Assembly: GCF_009914755.1 (NCBI RefSeq)
Contig: NC_060925.1
DNA: 64,000 nucleotides
Reading direction: 5' to 3' (one strand)
From: the human T2T-CHM13v2.0 reference genome, Homo sapiens
Position numbers and translations under genes: made by a program. This document shows positions 1 to 14,384 of this stretch, piece after piece; within the stretch, counting starts at the first letter, position 1, and each line of letters opens with the position of its first letter. The notes under the pieces were generated by a model that was not told the origin of the DNA, made no database searches, and was given only the letters and a program-made list of their open reading frames with translations.

Positions 1-120
1 AGATGCAGGCCTCTCGAGCTTGGACTTTACAGCCTCCAGAACTGCAGGAAATTAATCTCTTTTTTTCATAAATTACCCACTCTCATGTATTCTGCTATGG
101 CAGCACAAAACAAACAAAGA
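1..120 (+). mobile_element. 3' end of a MaLR LTR (MST/MLT1A-like), truncated by the window edge
   Basis: cttggactttacagcctccagaactg...ataaattacccactctcatgtattctgctatggcagcacaaaac matches the MaLR LTR 3' end. Confidence 0.8.
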
Positions 121-896
121 TGCATTCCTACCACCCCCAGCAAGAAACCAGAAATCTAGCCCAAAGTAGTTCCTCTCCCAAACGCTCTGAGAGGAGAGAG
201 AGCCTGACGCATCCAGCATCAAACATCTGCAACCCAGATGGGCCTATCAAAGGGAGAGTACTTATCAAGCTCTGGACTGGTCAGGAGGAGATATGAATTA
301 CAGATACATTACCCAGCCAGTTGAACAGACTTACCAAGATAAAGGAACTTGGAACTAGGCAGGGCTACATAAGCCAGATGTCTATTTCTACATAGTAGCT
401 GCCCTGAGAGATGATCTGCGAGAGTTAAGGGAAGGAAGGGTGTTGAGTGTCCACTTCAGTAAAATCACAAATGTCATTGACTATTCCCTGTGGTACATAC
501 TAGGGAGCTCAGCCCAAAGGAATTTCTGTACCCTCAGGGGAACTTGTCTTCCCTGACCTTTGCAGGCTTCAGCTTCTTTTTGGTTATTAATTGTTTCTGT
601 CACATTTCTCCCTAAAATTATGTCTCAGAGTTACAGTTCTTTGCTGCTGCACCTACTTTCCATCCCATGCTTTCTCTCCTTTTCGCAATAGAGTTGAGCA
701 AGTATTTCATTAAATCTGGAACTCTGCTTGTCTCTCTTTTTTGGTTTCTATATCTCAGATCTCATAATATTGCTATAATGTGGAGAAAAGTCTCCAAATA
801 AAAACAAATGGTTGAACAAGGCATCAATCATCTAGTGTCTGACCATGCTCTGAAGCAGAAAATGGGGATACTGCATATTTGTTTTCTCTATATTTG

Positions 897-944
897 TTTC
901 TGAAGCCTGTGATGGGCTAATTTCTGAAGCCTGTGATGGGCTAA
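897..944. repeat. Perfect 24-bp tandem duplication
   Basis: tttctgaagcctgtgatgggctaa x2. Confidence 0.97.
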
Positions 945-2449
945 CATCTCTATGTGTTGGCAACTCATTGTCTCTTCTTTGCCTCATTCCCTGAGGTTTC
1001 ACTGGGGAGTTCGAGGGCAGAGGACTCTTATACATAGCAAGGCTTGCCCATGGCACACTCCCCTCTAAAGAAGTCCTCAAGAGGGTGGCTGGGAATTGTC
1101 CTGAGGGATATGGCAGAGAGTGGAGTCTGCAGGTATACAATAGAAAGGGTGTATCTTGGGACAGGAAGGTAGAGGCACATGGCATCAAAGGGAACAGGTG
1201 GAGAAGTTGATGCTGCACAGACCTGGATGCTTTGGATTAGCTGTGCTTTGCTCACCCACACTCGGAGGCTGTTGAGCCAAAGGCATGGTCAGGCTGGGCC
1301 CTTGCAGTGGCTGGTCTGTTAAACATCAGCCAGGCTTCATTATAGGTTTCTTTTGAAGTTGAGATTCAAAGTTCCCTGAAGCCAAAAAAAACACACGCAG
1401 GGAAAATAAGCGTAAGGGGTAGAAGAGGGCAGGAAGAAAAGAAGTGGAGGAGAAATTTTAAAACTAAACAGCAAAAAAAAAACTGCCAGTTCCCTCACTT
1501 CAAAATTCACAGGCAGTGTGAACTCTAGAGCAAGTGTCACCTTCTCATGGTCACGTCAACTGGCAATGGGAATAGAAGGAAAGAAATAAGAGGAGGTTCC
1601 ATAGATAAGCACAATAAGTTTACCTACAAATAGAAATGTCTCCTGTTTATTTTCCTATAAGCCAGTTTCTCCACAGTTCCAATAGGCACCGTATTATGGA
1701 GCAAATGAAATCCACAGTTTCTCTGTTCACCTGGCTTGTGGACTTTCCTCCTCAGGTGAGTCGGGGGCTGGGGAGTGGTGACTGTTTTTCTCCTTTTCAT
1801 AGTTTATTTCTAGCCAAATAGACAGACTTGTGAGTGAGCCATGTAGTCTGTCTGGGTTAAAAATATTTCCTTTTAGAAATTTTTCCAGAGAGACCCCAGT
1901 CTCCAAATACACTCAGTTATTCAAAATACTTCGGCTTTTTCCTAGGAGTTGGGGTGCTATCCCTGGGGCCTTGGCCAAATGCCAATCTGTTTCAGATGAT
2001 TTCACTTACAGGTTCCTTCCTAGAATTTAAGCCTAAGAGTTTGAAAGACAGCTGCACACTTACACATTTTTCTTTGCCTTGGACTCTGGTTTGTAATTAC
2101 TTCAGTGACTGGATATAAATGAAATCTTGTTGGTAGGTCTTCCCCTAACCAGGCCCTCTTTCCCTTGATGTCAGAGTTGTAGAGTGGGTAGTGGGCAGGA
2201 CATGTAGTTAGGGTGGCCGTCAGGGGTTTTTCTGAGGTTCCATCAGAGCACCAGCCTCTGGAGGAAGCTCCTGATCTATTATTAATTTCAACTCCAAGGT
2301 TTCTCTCACTTCTTACCCAGAGCGCTGTCCAATGGTTGTGGATCTGATTTCCAGAGACAAACACTTAAATAACTACTACTTATCCTTCAAGTCTCAACTA
2401 GGATGCACATTCCTCCTTCTTGGAAGCATTCTGTTGCCCTCAAATACAA

Positions 2450-3198
2450 ATTAGCTACCTCATTTGTATCACTTCTCATCCCCCTATAGCCACCACCCTA
2501 ATCCAGGTCCCCATCTTCACTCATCTGGATTATTGCAATAGTCTTTTAACTGGTCTCCCACTTTTGCCCTTGCACTGTTGCCCCGAGTCTATTTTTAACA
2601 TAGCAATCAGAGTAATCCTATTAGGGTATAACTCAGATCAAGTCATTCCTCTCCCCCTAATTCTCCAGCAGCTTACCAGCTTATTCAGAATCAAAGCCAA
2701 CAGCATGACTCTGATCTATAGGGTCATATAGCATCAGTCACTTCTGTGGCCTCACCTCTTACCATGCTCCTTATTGCACTCCAGCCACACTGGCCTTCTG
2801 ACTTGCCAGATGTACTCCTACTGCATGATCTTTTCAGTGGCTTTTCACTTTTCTGGAATATTCTTCCTCCAGATTTCTACACAGCTAACTTTCCCACTTT
2901 CTTCTGGTCTTTTTTCAAAGTCAGTTTCTAGGTGAGGCCTTCCCTGGAGACCTCACGTAAAATTGTACACATTGTCTTGGCTCTTTATGGTTTCTTCCCC
3001 TGCTTTATTTTTCTTTTTAGAATTTATCACAAACATGCTATTTTGTTTATTTTGCTTAATATTCATTTTCTCCACTAGAAAGTAAATTCTACGAGGGAAG
3101 GGGTTTTTATACGTTTGGGCAACTCTCATACTATAACACCTACAACAGCAAAAGGAACAGACTAAGTATTCAATAAATAATTGTTAAAAAAAGGAATG
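2450..3198 (+). mobile_element. L2 (L2a-like) 3' portion
   Basis: gccaccaccctaatccagg...ctggattattgcaatagtc...tcagatcaagtcattcct...ending attcaataaataattgtt. Confidence 0.8.
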
Positions 3199-3212
3199 TT
3201 CTTATTCTAGTA

Positions 3213-3429
3213 CAGTGGTTGGCAAACCATGGACCATGGATCACATCTGGTCTATCACGTGTTTTTGTAAATAAAATTATTTTGGAATACAGTTACACTC
3301 ACTTGTTTACATATTGTCTATGGCTGCTTTCATGTGGCAGAGTTGTGCAGTTAAAACAAAGACCATGTGGCCCACAAAGCCTAAAATATTTACTATCTGG
3401 CCGTTTATGAAAAAAACTGCCAACCCCTG
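3213..3429 (+). mobile_element. MER58A (hAT-Charlie MITE)
   Basis: Termini cagtggttggcaaac...ctgccaacccctg; internal gcccacaaagcctaaaatatttactatctggcc. Confidence 0.85.
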
Positions 3430-5230
3430 CTTAAATACATATTTATCATACCATACTGTAACTTCCCATTCTTGTCTGTCTCTTGCACAAGACTTTAGTT
3501 TCTTTGTTCACAGTTCTTGGAACACATTTGATATTTTAAAAATGAATTAGTGTATACATATAAATATATATCTGTATGTAGATGGAAAACCAATGACATG
3601 ACAATGTAGGGCAAGGGTTTTAGTAGAGTAAAAATTTACAGGCAGAGGATACTACTATGTATGGAAAAAGAAGGGTATTCAGAGACTACACTATAGTAAA
3701 CTTTTCTACTGGTCTCATTGCTATGGTAGCGTTGCCCCATTTAGATCTAGTAAGTAAAATAACTGACAATACTCATGGAAGTGTGAACCTGTTAGCTAAG
3801 GAGGGAATGGCTTTAAGCCATTTTCTTCATTAACTTGTTATTTGAGTACCTGAGTCCCCAGGAGGCTCTAAAAATCTGAAACATGGGGTAAATTTTGATG
3901 AGCATAAAAATAGCTACAATAGCCAGGAAGTATTAATAACATGAATCCCCTTTACCTAGCGAGTCAGTGAATGAGAAAAAGACCAGACTCCAAAAAAGGA
4001 ATACAAGACCTCTTGGACATGATGTTACAGATTAGGCAAGATCCTTATCAGGCACTTTAGTTAGGATTTTGCAATTGTAGGGAACAGACCTGCTCATGTT
4101 AACTGCAGAAACTGGATTTATTGTAAAATTACATATGGGCTGAAAGTGGAGCTAGAGAGTTGCAGAGACTGTGGCATTCAGGAACTCCATCTCTCTCAAA
4201 GGGTACATATTTCTCTAAATCTTAGTTCATTCTCACCATTCATGTCTGTTAGCAATCTGCTAGATTACTCATAGTTTCTGCTCCCTTATAGCTTTAGTTT
4301 AAAACATTGCTTCAGCTTGCTCTGGCTCCTAATTTATCTCATTGAGTTTTTCCCTTCAGATTTATATCCTATTGACAGTTGCCACAGTTTCTCATAGTAC
4401 CTTGGTTCAAATTCTGAAGACAGTCAGTGTCAACTGGCCTAACTCATCTTTACATGTTAGTTCGGAAGTCATAGGTTTCTGGCCAACCTTGGGTTTAAGA
4501 AACCGTGGCCAAAAGAGCAGGATAGCTGGAGGGCTCCTCAGAGCTCCAGGTCTGCAAATCTCTCTCAGCTGATGTCAACCCTACTCGGAGTAGAATGAGC
4601 TGGTTTTTCATCTTTACTACTTGAGGATGAAGCTTCTGACATGTTTAATTCTGGTAATGTCCTTTTCTTTAGACCTTAGACCTTGGTATTCTTGGTGATG
4701 TAACTCCCACTGAATTTTAATGCTAATTTTACTCTTGGAATTGCATGATTTAGATTTCAAACTCAAATATGCTAGGCTATCCAAGTGAAGTACCTGGTTC
4801 ATAGTAAAATTATATATAATATTTTATATATATACACACACACACATATATATAATTATACCAATGAAACAAAGCATTTTGCATGGATTATTTTATTTAA
4901 TGCTCACCATAGCTGCAAAAAGTAAATATTTTGATTATATGTATTTTATACTTAAATTTAGATAGTCAAATACCTATCATTATGCAATAGCAGACATAAG
5001 TTAAACTCTGACTTCAGAGCCTGATTTTCCAACTGCGATTCTATATTGTGTGTTAAGTATAAGTCTTACACACCAGCAAAATGTTTAGCTGATAGTGGAT
5101 AAAAACTAAGTATTTGTTGATTTTAATTATGTAATGATTATTTCAGAGAATACATTCTTGAAGAATGAGGGCAAGGAAAGGAAAACTACTATGGGCTTAG
5201 GGATTAGGAAATACTTTATAGAAGAGATGA

Positions 5231-5520
<290 letters not shown>

Positions 5521-5802
5521 TGAGTTTCTTAAAATATGTACAGTGTAGAGAGCAGAAAGAAGAGTTTGTTAGGAAAGGTCAGTTACATGAACCAAAGTAC
5601 AGATGTGCAAACATGTTAAGGCCACTCTAAAAAGAACAGCTTGAAAGGAGGAAAATTTCTTAGAGAAAAGTGAGGAAGAAAACTGGAAAAGTTATACTGG
5701 ACAATAGTCTTAGATGTTGGGCTAAGGGATTTGAACCATAAGCAATTAGGAGCCATAAATGATATATGGATATATACATGTCTGTTTTAACAGATATATA
5801 TG

Positions 5803-6385
5803 TTTTATTTTTATTTTTATTATTTTTATATTTATTTTTATTGATACCTAACATTTTATGTATTGATTGGGTGCATGTGGTATTTTGTTACATGTATAGA
5901 ACGTGTAATGATTAAGTCAGGGTTTTCGAGGTATCCATCACTTTGAGTATTTATCATTGCTATGTGTTGAGAACAATTCAAGCTCCTCTCTCCCAGCTGC
6001 TTTAAAATATATAATGCATTGTTGTTAACTATAGTCACTCTACTCTGCTGTTGAACAGTAGCGCTTATAGCTTTTATCTAATTGCATGTTTGTACCTGTT
6101 AACCTACCTCTCTTCATATCTACTTCCACACTTCCTAAGCCTCTAGTATCTATCATTCTACTCTCTACCTTTGTGAGGTCAACTTTTTTAGCTCCCACAT
6201 ATGAGTGAGAGCATGCAACATTTGACTTTCTGTGTCTGAGTTAGTTCACTTAATATATGTCCTTCAGTTTCATTCATGTTGCTGCAAATGGCAGATTTCA
6301 TTCCTTTTTGTGGCTGAATATTATTCCATCGTGTATATATACGTGTTCTTTATCCAGTCGTTCACTGATAGACACTTAGGTTGAC
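5803..6385 (-). mobile_element. L1MA-type 3' end
   Basis: T-rich tail then gtatccatcactttgagtatttatc...gctcccacatatgagtgagagcatg. Confidence 0.85.
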
Positions 6386-6389
6386 TGGA

Positions 6390-7720
6390 CTTTCTATTAA
6401 ATGTATATGACTACTTGTACCTCTGTCCTCCATTTGCCCTAATATCTCTTCAGTTTTTCCATATCTCTGCTGTCCTGTGCTGCATTTGAATAGCTGTTTT
6501 TTATTTACTGCCCAGCCAACTCTTTCTTTAGGTTTGGCTAACCGGCTTTTATAACTCACCAATAAACTGTTAATTTTTATTAGTGTACTTTTAATCTCCA
6601 TAAGTTGTATTTAGTTCTTTGTCACATCTGCCTAGCCGTTTTTAATTTATTTTTGTTAATTCGTAATTTGGATATGCTGTTTTTATTTTTAAAAGCATGT
6701 TAAAGTGATGGATACATGAACTTACATAAGTAATAAAAACACCCACAAACAAGTATGAGTGAAACTGGGGATATCTGAACAAGATTGATGGATTGGATCA
6801 ATGTCAGTATCCTGGTTGTGATACTGTATTATAGTTTTTCAAGATATCATCATTGAAGGAAACCAGGTAAAATGTATACAAGATTACTCTGTAATATTTC
6901 TTACAATGGGAATCTACAGTTTATTTCAAAAGAAAAAATTTAATTAAAAACATTAGGCATTTAAAAATATTTTACATCAGCTACTCTGATATTTGATATT
7001 ACTGCTTGCTCTTCCTCACAGTGTTTTGTTTCTTCATGGGTGCTTTATGATTTTTGATTGTGAGTCCATGTTCCTTAAAACTTTATCTGTTCAATTTCTT
7101 TCCAGCCTGAGTTAAATCTATGCTGTGTTACTTCTGACAATTGCCTAGGGCACTACCAACATAAAACCACTTTAAAATATATTATTGGCATGAATTTTTT
7201 TATACCATACCATCTTATGAATTTGCGGTGCAAATCTGTGATATTTGGCTGGTAGTTACAATTCTCAGGGAAAATTTTCCCCGTGTTTTGGGTCAAGGCC
7301 AAGGAATACAGGTTTTCTTGCTGTACCTCTTGATAAAGTGGGCTTTTTAATTTTTAATATTTTTGGTACTCTGTTTTATCGACAGTGCAGTCCGTGGGAA
7401 TTCTGGCTTTATGTGAGGCTCTCTTATCGAACACCCTACCTTTGTAAGCCCTTTTTTTATTCAAGATTCTCAAAAGACTGTCAAACAAGTTCCTGGGCGT
7501 TAGGAATAGGGAGAGCCCTCAGAGAAGTCAGTGGCTTCAGAAAATGTTTATTTTCTAGATTCCTCTTTTAACTTTGTATGTGGAGTCTGAAGATATCCTT
7601 TAATCTCTTTCCAACTTTACAATGTATTTAAAATTTATTTTTGTATATTATTCACCGGTTTTAGTTGTTTTCAGTGGAGGGATGATCAGGGATTCTAAAT
7701 TCTTTGTACTAGAAACAGAA
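6390..7720 (-). mobile_element. Old L1M/HAL1-like 5'/ORF1 remnant, interrupted at 6705-6950
   Basis: ORF 6362-6601(-) resembles the L1 ORF1p coiled coil (EIKS..INS..SRL..ER..MEDR..SHIHLI). Confidence 0.55.
6705..6950 (+). mobile_element. L1MC/L1MD 3' end
   Basis: atcaatgtcagtatcctggttgtgatactgtattatag...atttcttacaa...gaatctac then A-rich tail. Confidence 0.75.
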
Positions 7721-7989
7721 GCCTTAAGCCATTGAATATTGAATATTTGAGTAATTATTCAGAAAACTAATCTGGAGGCAGTATCCAGAATCAGTGTTAC
7801 AGACTAGGGAGCCTAGAGGCAGGAAGATGTGTTAGTAAGTTCCTATAGTAATCTAGATAGAAAAGGGTAGTAGGTTGTAAATGGTTAGGAAAATTATTTT
7901 TGCACAGTGAAAAGAACTAGGAAACTAGAAATGAGAAGAATTAGATTATGGTTTTTGCTCCAGCGTAGTCACATAATTTAATTATTTGC

Positions 7990-8490
7990 TCATTCATATT
8001 CATTCATTCATATTCAACAAATGTTAATTGAGTACCTGTTCTAGGCCAGACACTGTTTTCAGCTTTGTAGTGCAGTGTGGTATACAGCAGTGAAAACAAA
8101 TTTTTCTTCTCTTATGGAGCTTACAGTCTATGAACTGTAAGACAGGCAATGAATAAACAAATGTGTAGATCAAAGGCCAGACAGTGGTAAGTGCTAGAGA
8201 AGGAAATTCAGCAGAATAAGGGAAACAGAGAGTACTTGCCATGGAAGCGAAGTGTATCCATAGAAAGTCTTACTGAAAAGATGATATTTGAGCATATATC
8301 TGAAGGAAGCAAGGGAGTGAGCCACGTGGAATCTAGATTTATTCCAGGCAGAGGGAACAGGAAGGAGCTAGCATGCCTGAACTGAATGAGTTAGGCAGAG
8401 AGTAGTTGGAGAAGACAGGAGACATAGAGCCCATGAGGCCATTCTCAATGAGCTGTGAAGCTTCCAGGGCTTGGGCAGCAGAGGGCCATC
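7990..8490 (-). mobile_element. L2 3' end
   Basis: cattcattca...aacaaatgttaattgagtacct...ggccagacactgtt...atggagcttacagtcta. Confidence 0.8.
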
Positions 8491-8947
8491 TGTGGTAGAG
8501 TGGTACCTGTGGATGATGTGTAAAGAAGTGGCTAACTGCCCTGACTACCTCAGAGGGATATTGTGAAATTCACATGAGATAATGCTTGTTGAAAGTGCCT
8601 TGTGACTTAAAGATATTTCATAAGTGGAAGTGTTTGCATTGGATTCAGTGGTGGATTTGATGAGATGATGGGTAATCTCAAGAAGACATTAAGGTGATTG
8701 AAGAGGAGATGTGAAAAAGGTATTTATCTCAGCATGGAATTTTACAAGGGCAGGATCATACCTTATATAGTAATAAGGATTCATCATGAGGCAGAAAGCA
8801 CGAAACATGAATCACCCTTCCCCATAGGGAATCTGTACCCTATCTCCCCTCAGAGGCCTCTTTCCTATTTGAGTATAAAAACATAAAGCTGAGTACAATG
8901 AGCATGTCCTCTCTACTGTACTCTGCTTTCAGGAAGATTTATTGTTC

Positions 8948-9039
8948 AGGAATGGCTATGTCTCCTATTCCATAGCCATTCCTAGGAATGTCTATGTCTC
9001 CTATTCCATAGCCATTCCTAGGAATATCTATGTCTCCTA
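8948..9039. repeat. 2.5 x 36-bp tandem repeat whose unit is a hairpin
   Basis: Unit aggaatggctatg-tctcctattc-catagccattcct (13-bp perfect stem in copy 1). Confidence 0.95.
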
Positions 9040-9229
9040 GTTGTGGTCAGTACGAGTAGGTACTCAGAATTGCCTGCTGAATTAATGCTGCAAAGTTGTG
9101 TGTGTGGGGGGGAGTAGGATTTATAGGAATGAACTTAGAGTTTAGGATATAAAAAATGTGTAAACCAAGCTGGTGGAGACCTATGTTTGCAGCATTCAGT
9201 GGGAAAATAATCATGGATGTTGGGTGGCT

Positions 9230-9450
9230 GTAAGCTTCATGTGAAATGAAAGTGTGATGTAGTCATTAAAAATATCTCACAGTCTTGGGCTCTGTTAAAA
9301 AGGAGAAAGAGTGCAGATTGCTGAAGGAGATGCTCCCCCTAGACACAGTCCTGGTCAGTTTTTGTCTGGAATCTGCACATTTCTGGGCAGCAGGTTTTAT
9401 GAGGAACATCAACAACCTGAAGCACATACAAGGTCTGGGGGAGAGTGGTG
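9230..9450 (+). mobile_element. L3/CR1 remnant
   Basis: gtgtgatgtagtcattaaaaa...tcttgggctctgttaaaaagg...cctggtcag...ctggaa...ttctgggca resembles CR1 ORF2. Confidence 0.6.
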
Positions 9451-10799
9451 ATGATTAAGATAGTAAAATGGCCTCTTCTCTTTCTAATATAGGTTTTCAC
9501 TTTCCTCTGCTTTGCTGAGAAGCCAATAGAAAAGAATTTTAAAAAGAGTCACAATGGCCTTTTTTGCATCTCATTCTATTTATTTATTCATTTACTCATT
9601 CAGTTTATAATAAACATTTATTGAGTATCTACTACGATTTAGACACAGTAGCAGACACTAGGAGTATGACTCTTGTCCTCAGTTCAGGTGGGAGAGACAG
9701 ACATGTATGCATATAATTGCAGTACTGAGTAGAATAAAGCCAAGTGCTATCTTTAATTATCTTTAGCCCCCTAAGTCTGAATTTTTATGATAACTAACCA
9801 ACTTGTCTTTCTACTTCTGGGCTCCCTCCATGTTAACCCCAAATTAACCCTGCACACTGTCATCAAAATAATCATTCTAAGAATCATTTATATGTTGAGT
9901 GCTTTCTGACTAGAAGGACTCAATCTGGGAGGGAATGGGATTTGAGGTTGTTTTTGAAAGATGGGTAGTGAGACCAGTAGAGAGAGTATATTATATGGGG
10001 GCATAATGTCACAGAGAATTGGCATCTGGCATCTATAAGAAGATATCAGATAATAACCATAATAATAACTGCTGTTTGTTCAATGACCTAACCATTAAAA
10101 GTGAAAACAAGGTAGCATTATGGGGCATTCACAGTCCAATATTAAAATGATGATTATTCAGACTAATTTCATGTGGCACATAATATTTTCATTAAATGCT
10201 TGTAATTATATGTAAGTATTCTGTTCAATAGTTTGTTCTACCCCTTTTCCATAGATTTTAATATAATGGGAAAAGTCATCATCCCTAATTCTGTCATATT
10301 TGTACCTTTCTGTATGATCATTGACCCTTGGTCAGCAAATTGATAAAATCACATTTTTTTCTTTTATTAGTAGCCTAGTCCACCACAAGTTTTGATAAGG
10401 ATATGTAATGGAGATGTCCTATGCAGTAGTAACCTCTCCTATCTGTAGCATTCTTGGGGAGCTATTAGAGCATCTTTATGAGATTAATTTGAGTGGCTTA
10501 TATTATTTCAAGGCTTTATTGTGGCCAATATTATAATAAAACTCAAATCTAAGGAATCTTTTTCTAAGGCTTATTCCAATGCCTTTCTTAGCTTTACTTT
10601 CTTTCATTTATCCTACTCATTCATCCATTCATTCATTAACTCATCTGAATTTTATTTCCATGCCTAGAGAAATCCTTATATATTTTGACACATATTTCTA
10701 AATAAAAGGTTGCTGAAATAAGTATCCATTCATCTGTTTAGGTGCTAGTTACAACATACCTTTTTGCAGGTAGGACTTAAATTGGATTTTATATGTTCA

Positions 10800-11198
<399 letters not shown>

Positions 11199-13360
11199 CT
11201 AAGGTAGTGGCAAATTCAGTATACAAAGTGATTGCCCATGTATTAGAGTTAGAGTTCTGGAGCAAGGCCACCATTTTAGTTCTGAGCTTCCCAGAATCAC
11301 TACAAACAGGGAAGTAGGTAAGTTACATTGTTTACTCGATTTACAAGATGAAAACAAACAGCTTCTCAAGAGAACAACTGCCATAGGTAATCATACTGGA
11401 CAGAAATTTCTCCTGGGGACTACACATAGAGGAAGCTATGTAGTGTAATGAACAATGTTCTGAACAATATCTTTATGCAAAAATCCAGTATCATCTTAAA
11501 GAATCAGTTTTGATTCTGCTCCTAAGTGCAAGAAAAAGGCCACTTTATGTCCTCAATGTCGTTTTCTAGAAGGGTTAAAATAATTTTATTCCAGCACAAT
11601 TTTACAGAAGAGGAATCAACAGAGTAGTGCTTTTCTGGAGGTCGGGGAGGAAGGGAGTCAGAATCCAAGCACTAGTGGCAGACACAAACTGAAGAAAGGA
11701 CACATCTTTCTCTGAGACTGGAAGGAAGGAGTGGAGGGTGGATGCAGATTTATGAGTTGTTGGCATGCAGGCAGAGATTAGAAAAAGTTTTTCCTGGTAG
11801 CCTTGATCTTCTTGATGAAGAAGGCAGTTGTCTCTTGGGAGGGGGAAGATTGTTGGCAGGGTAGAAACTTGAGGGAAGTGGAGATTGTTCACAGTAGCCT
11901 CTTTCCAGTCAATCTTCAAATGCTGAAATGTGAAGAAAACTTATGTGTCTAACTCCATTTCCTTCTTTCACAAGTCATTGTGGAAAAAAAGCAATTCTGA
12001 AACCAGCTGCTGTAAACCTCTAAGGAGGTGCCACCAGGTAAATTCTGAAAGACATAATTAGCCCACTCAGATTCAGAGTTACAGAACTTCACTGCTGGAC
12101 CATGGGGACCGTCTTGTTCAACCATTTCATTTTATTTATGGATGAGGAGGCGTCTCTCAAATTACAGAGCCAGTTGATTATTGGATTAGATAATCCAAAG
12201 AGAAGTCAACTGGCTCTTGTTTGTTTCCCCACTGCACTGTATTCAGCTACCCAAGGTATTAGGCAAGAAGCAGAGGACGCTATGTCAAAGTCTATGCCTC
12301 AGTTTCTGCATTTCATTCCATGCTTCCACTTCTCTCCATAGCCTCAAAACTATCTTTTGAGGCTCAGAAGGAGAAGTTTGAAATCATAGATTTCTTTCCT
12401 AGTAGACTCCCTTACCTTTGTGGCCATAGGTTTATCATCGTATTTTTCATCTAGTTTTACATAAAATAATCATTAATAGAGTAGATGATTCTGGGGAAGG
12501 AGAAAAATAAGGAACATGATCAGGTGTGAAGAGGGTATGAAGAAAAATTCAGAATAAGAATAAAGCTGAGCACTGCCTGTCAAATGGGTAATGTGACTTC
12601 CAGGAAATTTGAATGGGCTAATTCAGTGTTGTCCACGGTGGGGCCCCCAGAGAGGCTGCAGGCTTGGTGACCAAACAGCATCTCTTTTTGCAGTTGGCAT
12701 GGAAAGCAGCCTGCAAGTCCCAACTTAAAAAGAACAAAGAACTATATGCCCATGCTTCATTGCAATTGCCACAGGAGAGGTTGGGAAATAAGGAAAAACT
12801 CCAATGATGAGTGGGCTGAGAAAGCCATATCCTTTTTCTAGAGCAGGCAGTATTCTGCTTTGAAGAATGAGTAAGCTACTAACCCAACCCAGAAGCGGGG
12901 CTGGGAGGGCAAGAGAGATAAAGCAGTTGGATAGTGAAGGGAAAGAGGGGAATGAAAGGAGGCACTTTGTCTTTCTTTTCTTTAATTGGAACTTGTTTCT
13001 TAATTTACCAGCCTTTACTAAGTGTCAAATGGAGATCAGATTGACCCATCTATTGCCACATGGAGGGTCTAACTTAGTCATTTTCCTAGAGATATTGAAG
13101 CTAACTTAATTGGGCCACGTACTGTCTTGTAGCAGGATCTGGTGTTAAGTCATCCTTGCTTGAAGCCTATTAAATGTTCACAGTTATTACATATGAAAAC
13201 CTGAAAAGTTGGCCAGGAACTAAGCAAACCATTTGAGATCATGTTTCTTTCTTAATTTCCTCCCTGTCAGTTTTCATGCAAGGGCCTTCTCAGATATCTA
13301 GAAACTTCATATTGTGACTAAGCAGGGTTTCAAGTATGAGTTTTAATGATTTAGTCCATT

Positions 13361-13422
13361 ATTTCATTTTATTTCAATAGCTTTTTGGGGACAGGTGGTT
13401 TTTGGTTACATGGACGAGTTCT
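13361..13422 (-). mobile_element. L1PB 3' tip (left piece, split by the retrocopy)
   Basis: tttcaatagctttttggggacaggtggtttttggttacatgga, continuing at 16130. Confidence 0.85.
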
Positions 13423-14026
13423 CTTTTTTTTGCATTTCATTATTTATTTAGATGTTTAAACTCTCACACTACATTTTTACAAGCTGGTAAACACTGACAA
13501 ATTATTTCTCCCACAGTACTATAACCACACATCCCCAGGCAGTATAAATATATGGTTGAACTAACATTAATGCACATCACCATTTTATCAATTACATAGT
13601 AAAACAAATTATCAAGTATCCAAATATTAAGTTACACAGCTCGAAAGGCATGTAAAATATTAGATGTCTTATCAGTTCATGAGCAGAAACCCACTTCTTT
13701 TTTTGTAAGTGAGATTGGGAAGAGAAGGAAAAAAAAATCACACTTTCAAACAAAAATAAGTCGGTAAACAACTTCTGATAAGTATGGAAAAAATTACAAG
13801 AACTTCAGGAAGTTTATGATTATAATAACAAAGCATTTCTACCTTTAAAAATATTTTACTAAATTAAAGAGCATATTCTATATGTTCTGTACAAGACAAA
13901 GGCAACATTTTGCTAAAAATAATTAATAGCTCCCTCCCATTTTTTTCTCAGGCCCTCCCTGTTAAGCTGCACCTCAGAGTGCAAATATTAAATTAACTGT
14001 AAGACTTTTTTGTCTGAAGACATTAA

Positions 14027-14384
<358 letters not shown>

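Noticed and set aside
832-1218. 128-aa ORF with an SPSQASE repeat
   Set aside because: No recognisable homology; the repeat is just the 24-bp duplication.
2905-2936. Other AG|GT juxtapositions (2930 tag|gtgagg; 10769 cag|gtagga; 19895 cag|gtaaga)
   Set aside because: Weaker donor or pyrimidine tract, or inside an L2; expected by chance in 64 kb.
8948-9039. CRISPR-like 36-bp palindromic repeats
   Set aside because: The units are directly adjacent with no unique spacers, there are no cas genes, and the DNA is primate.
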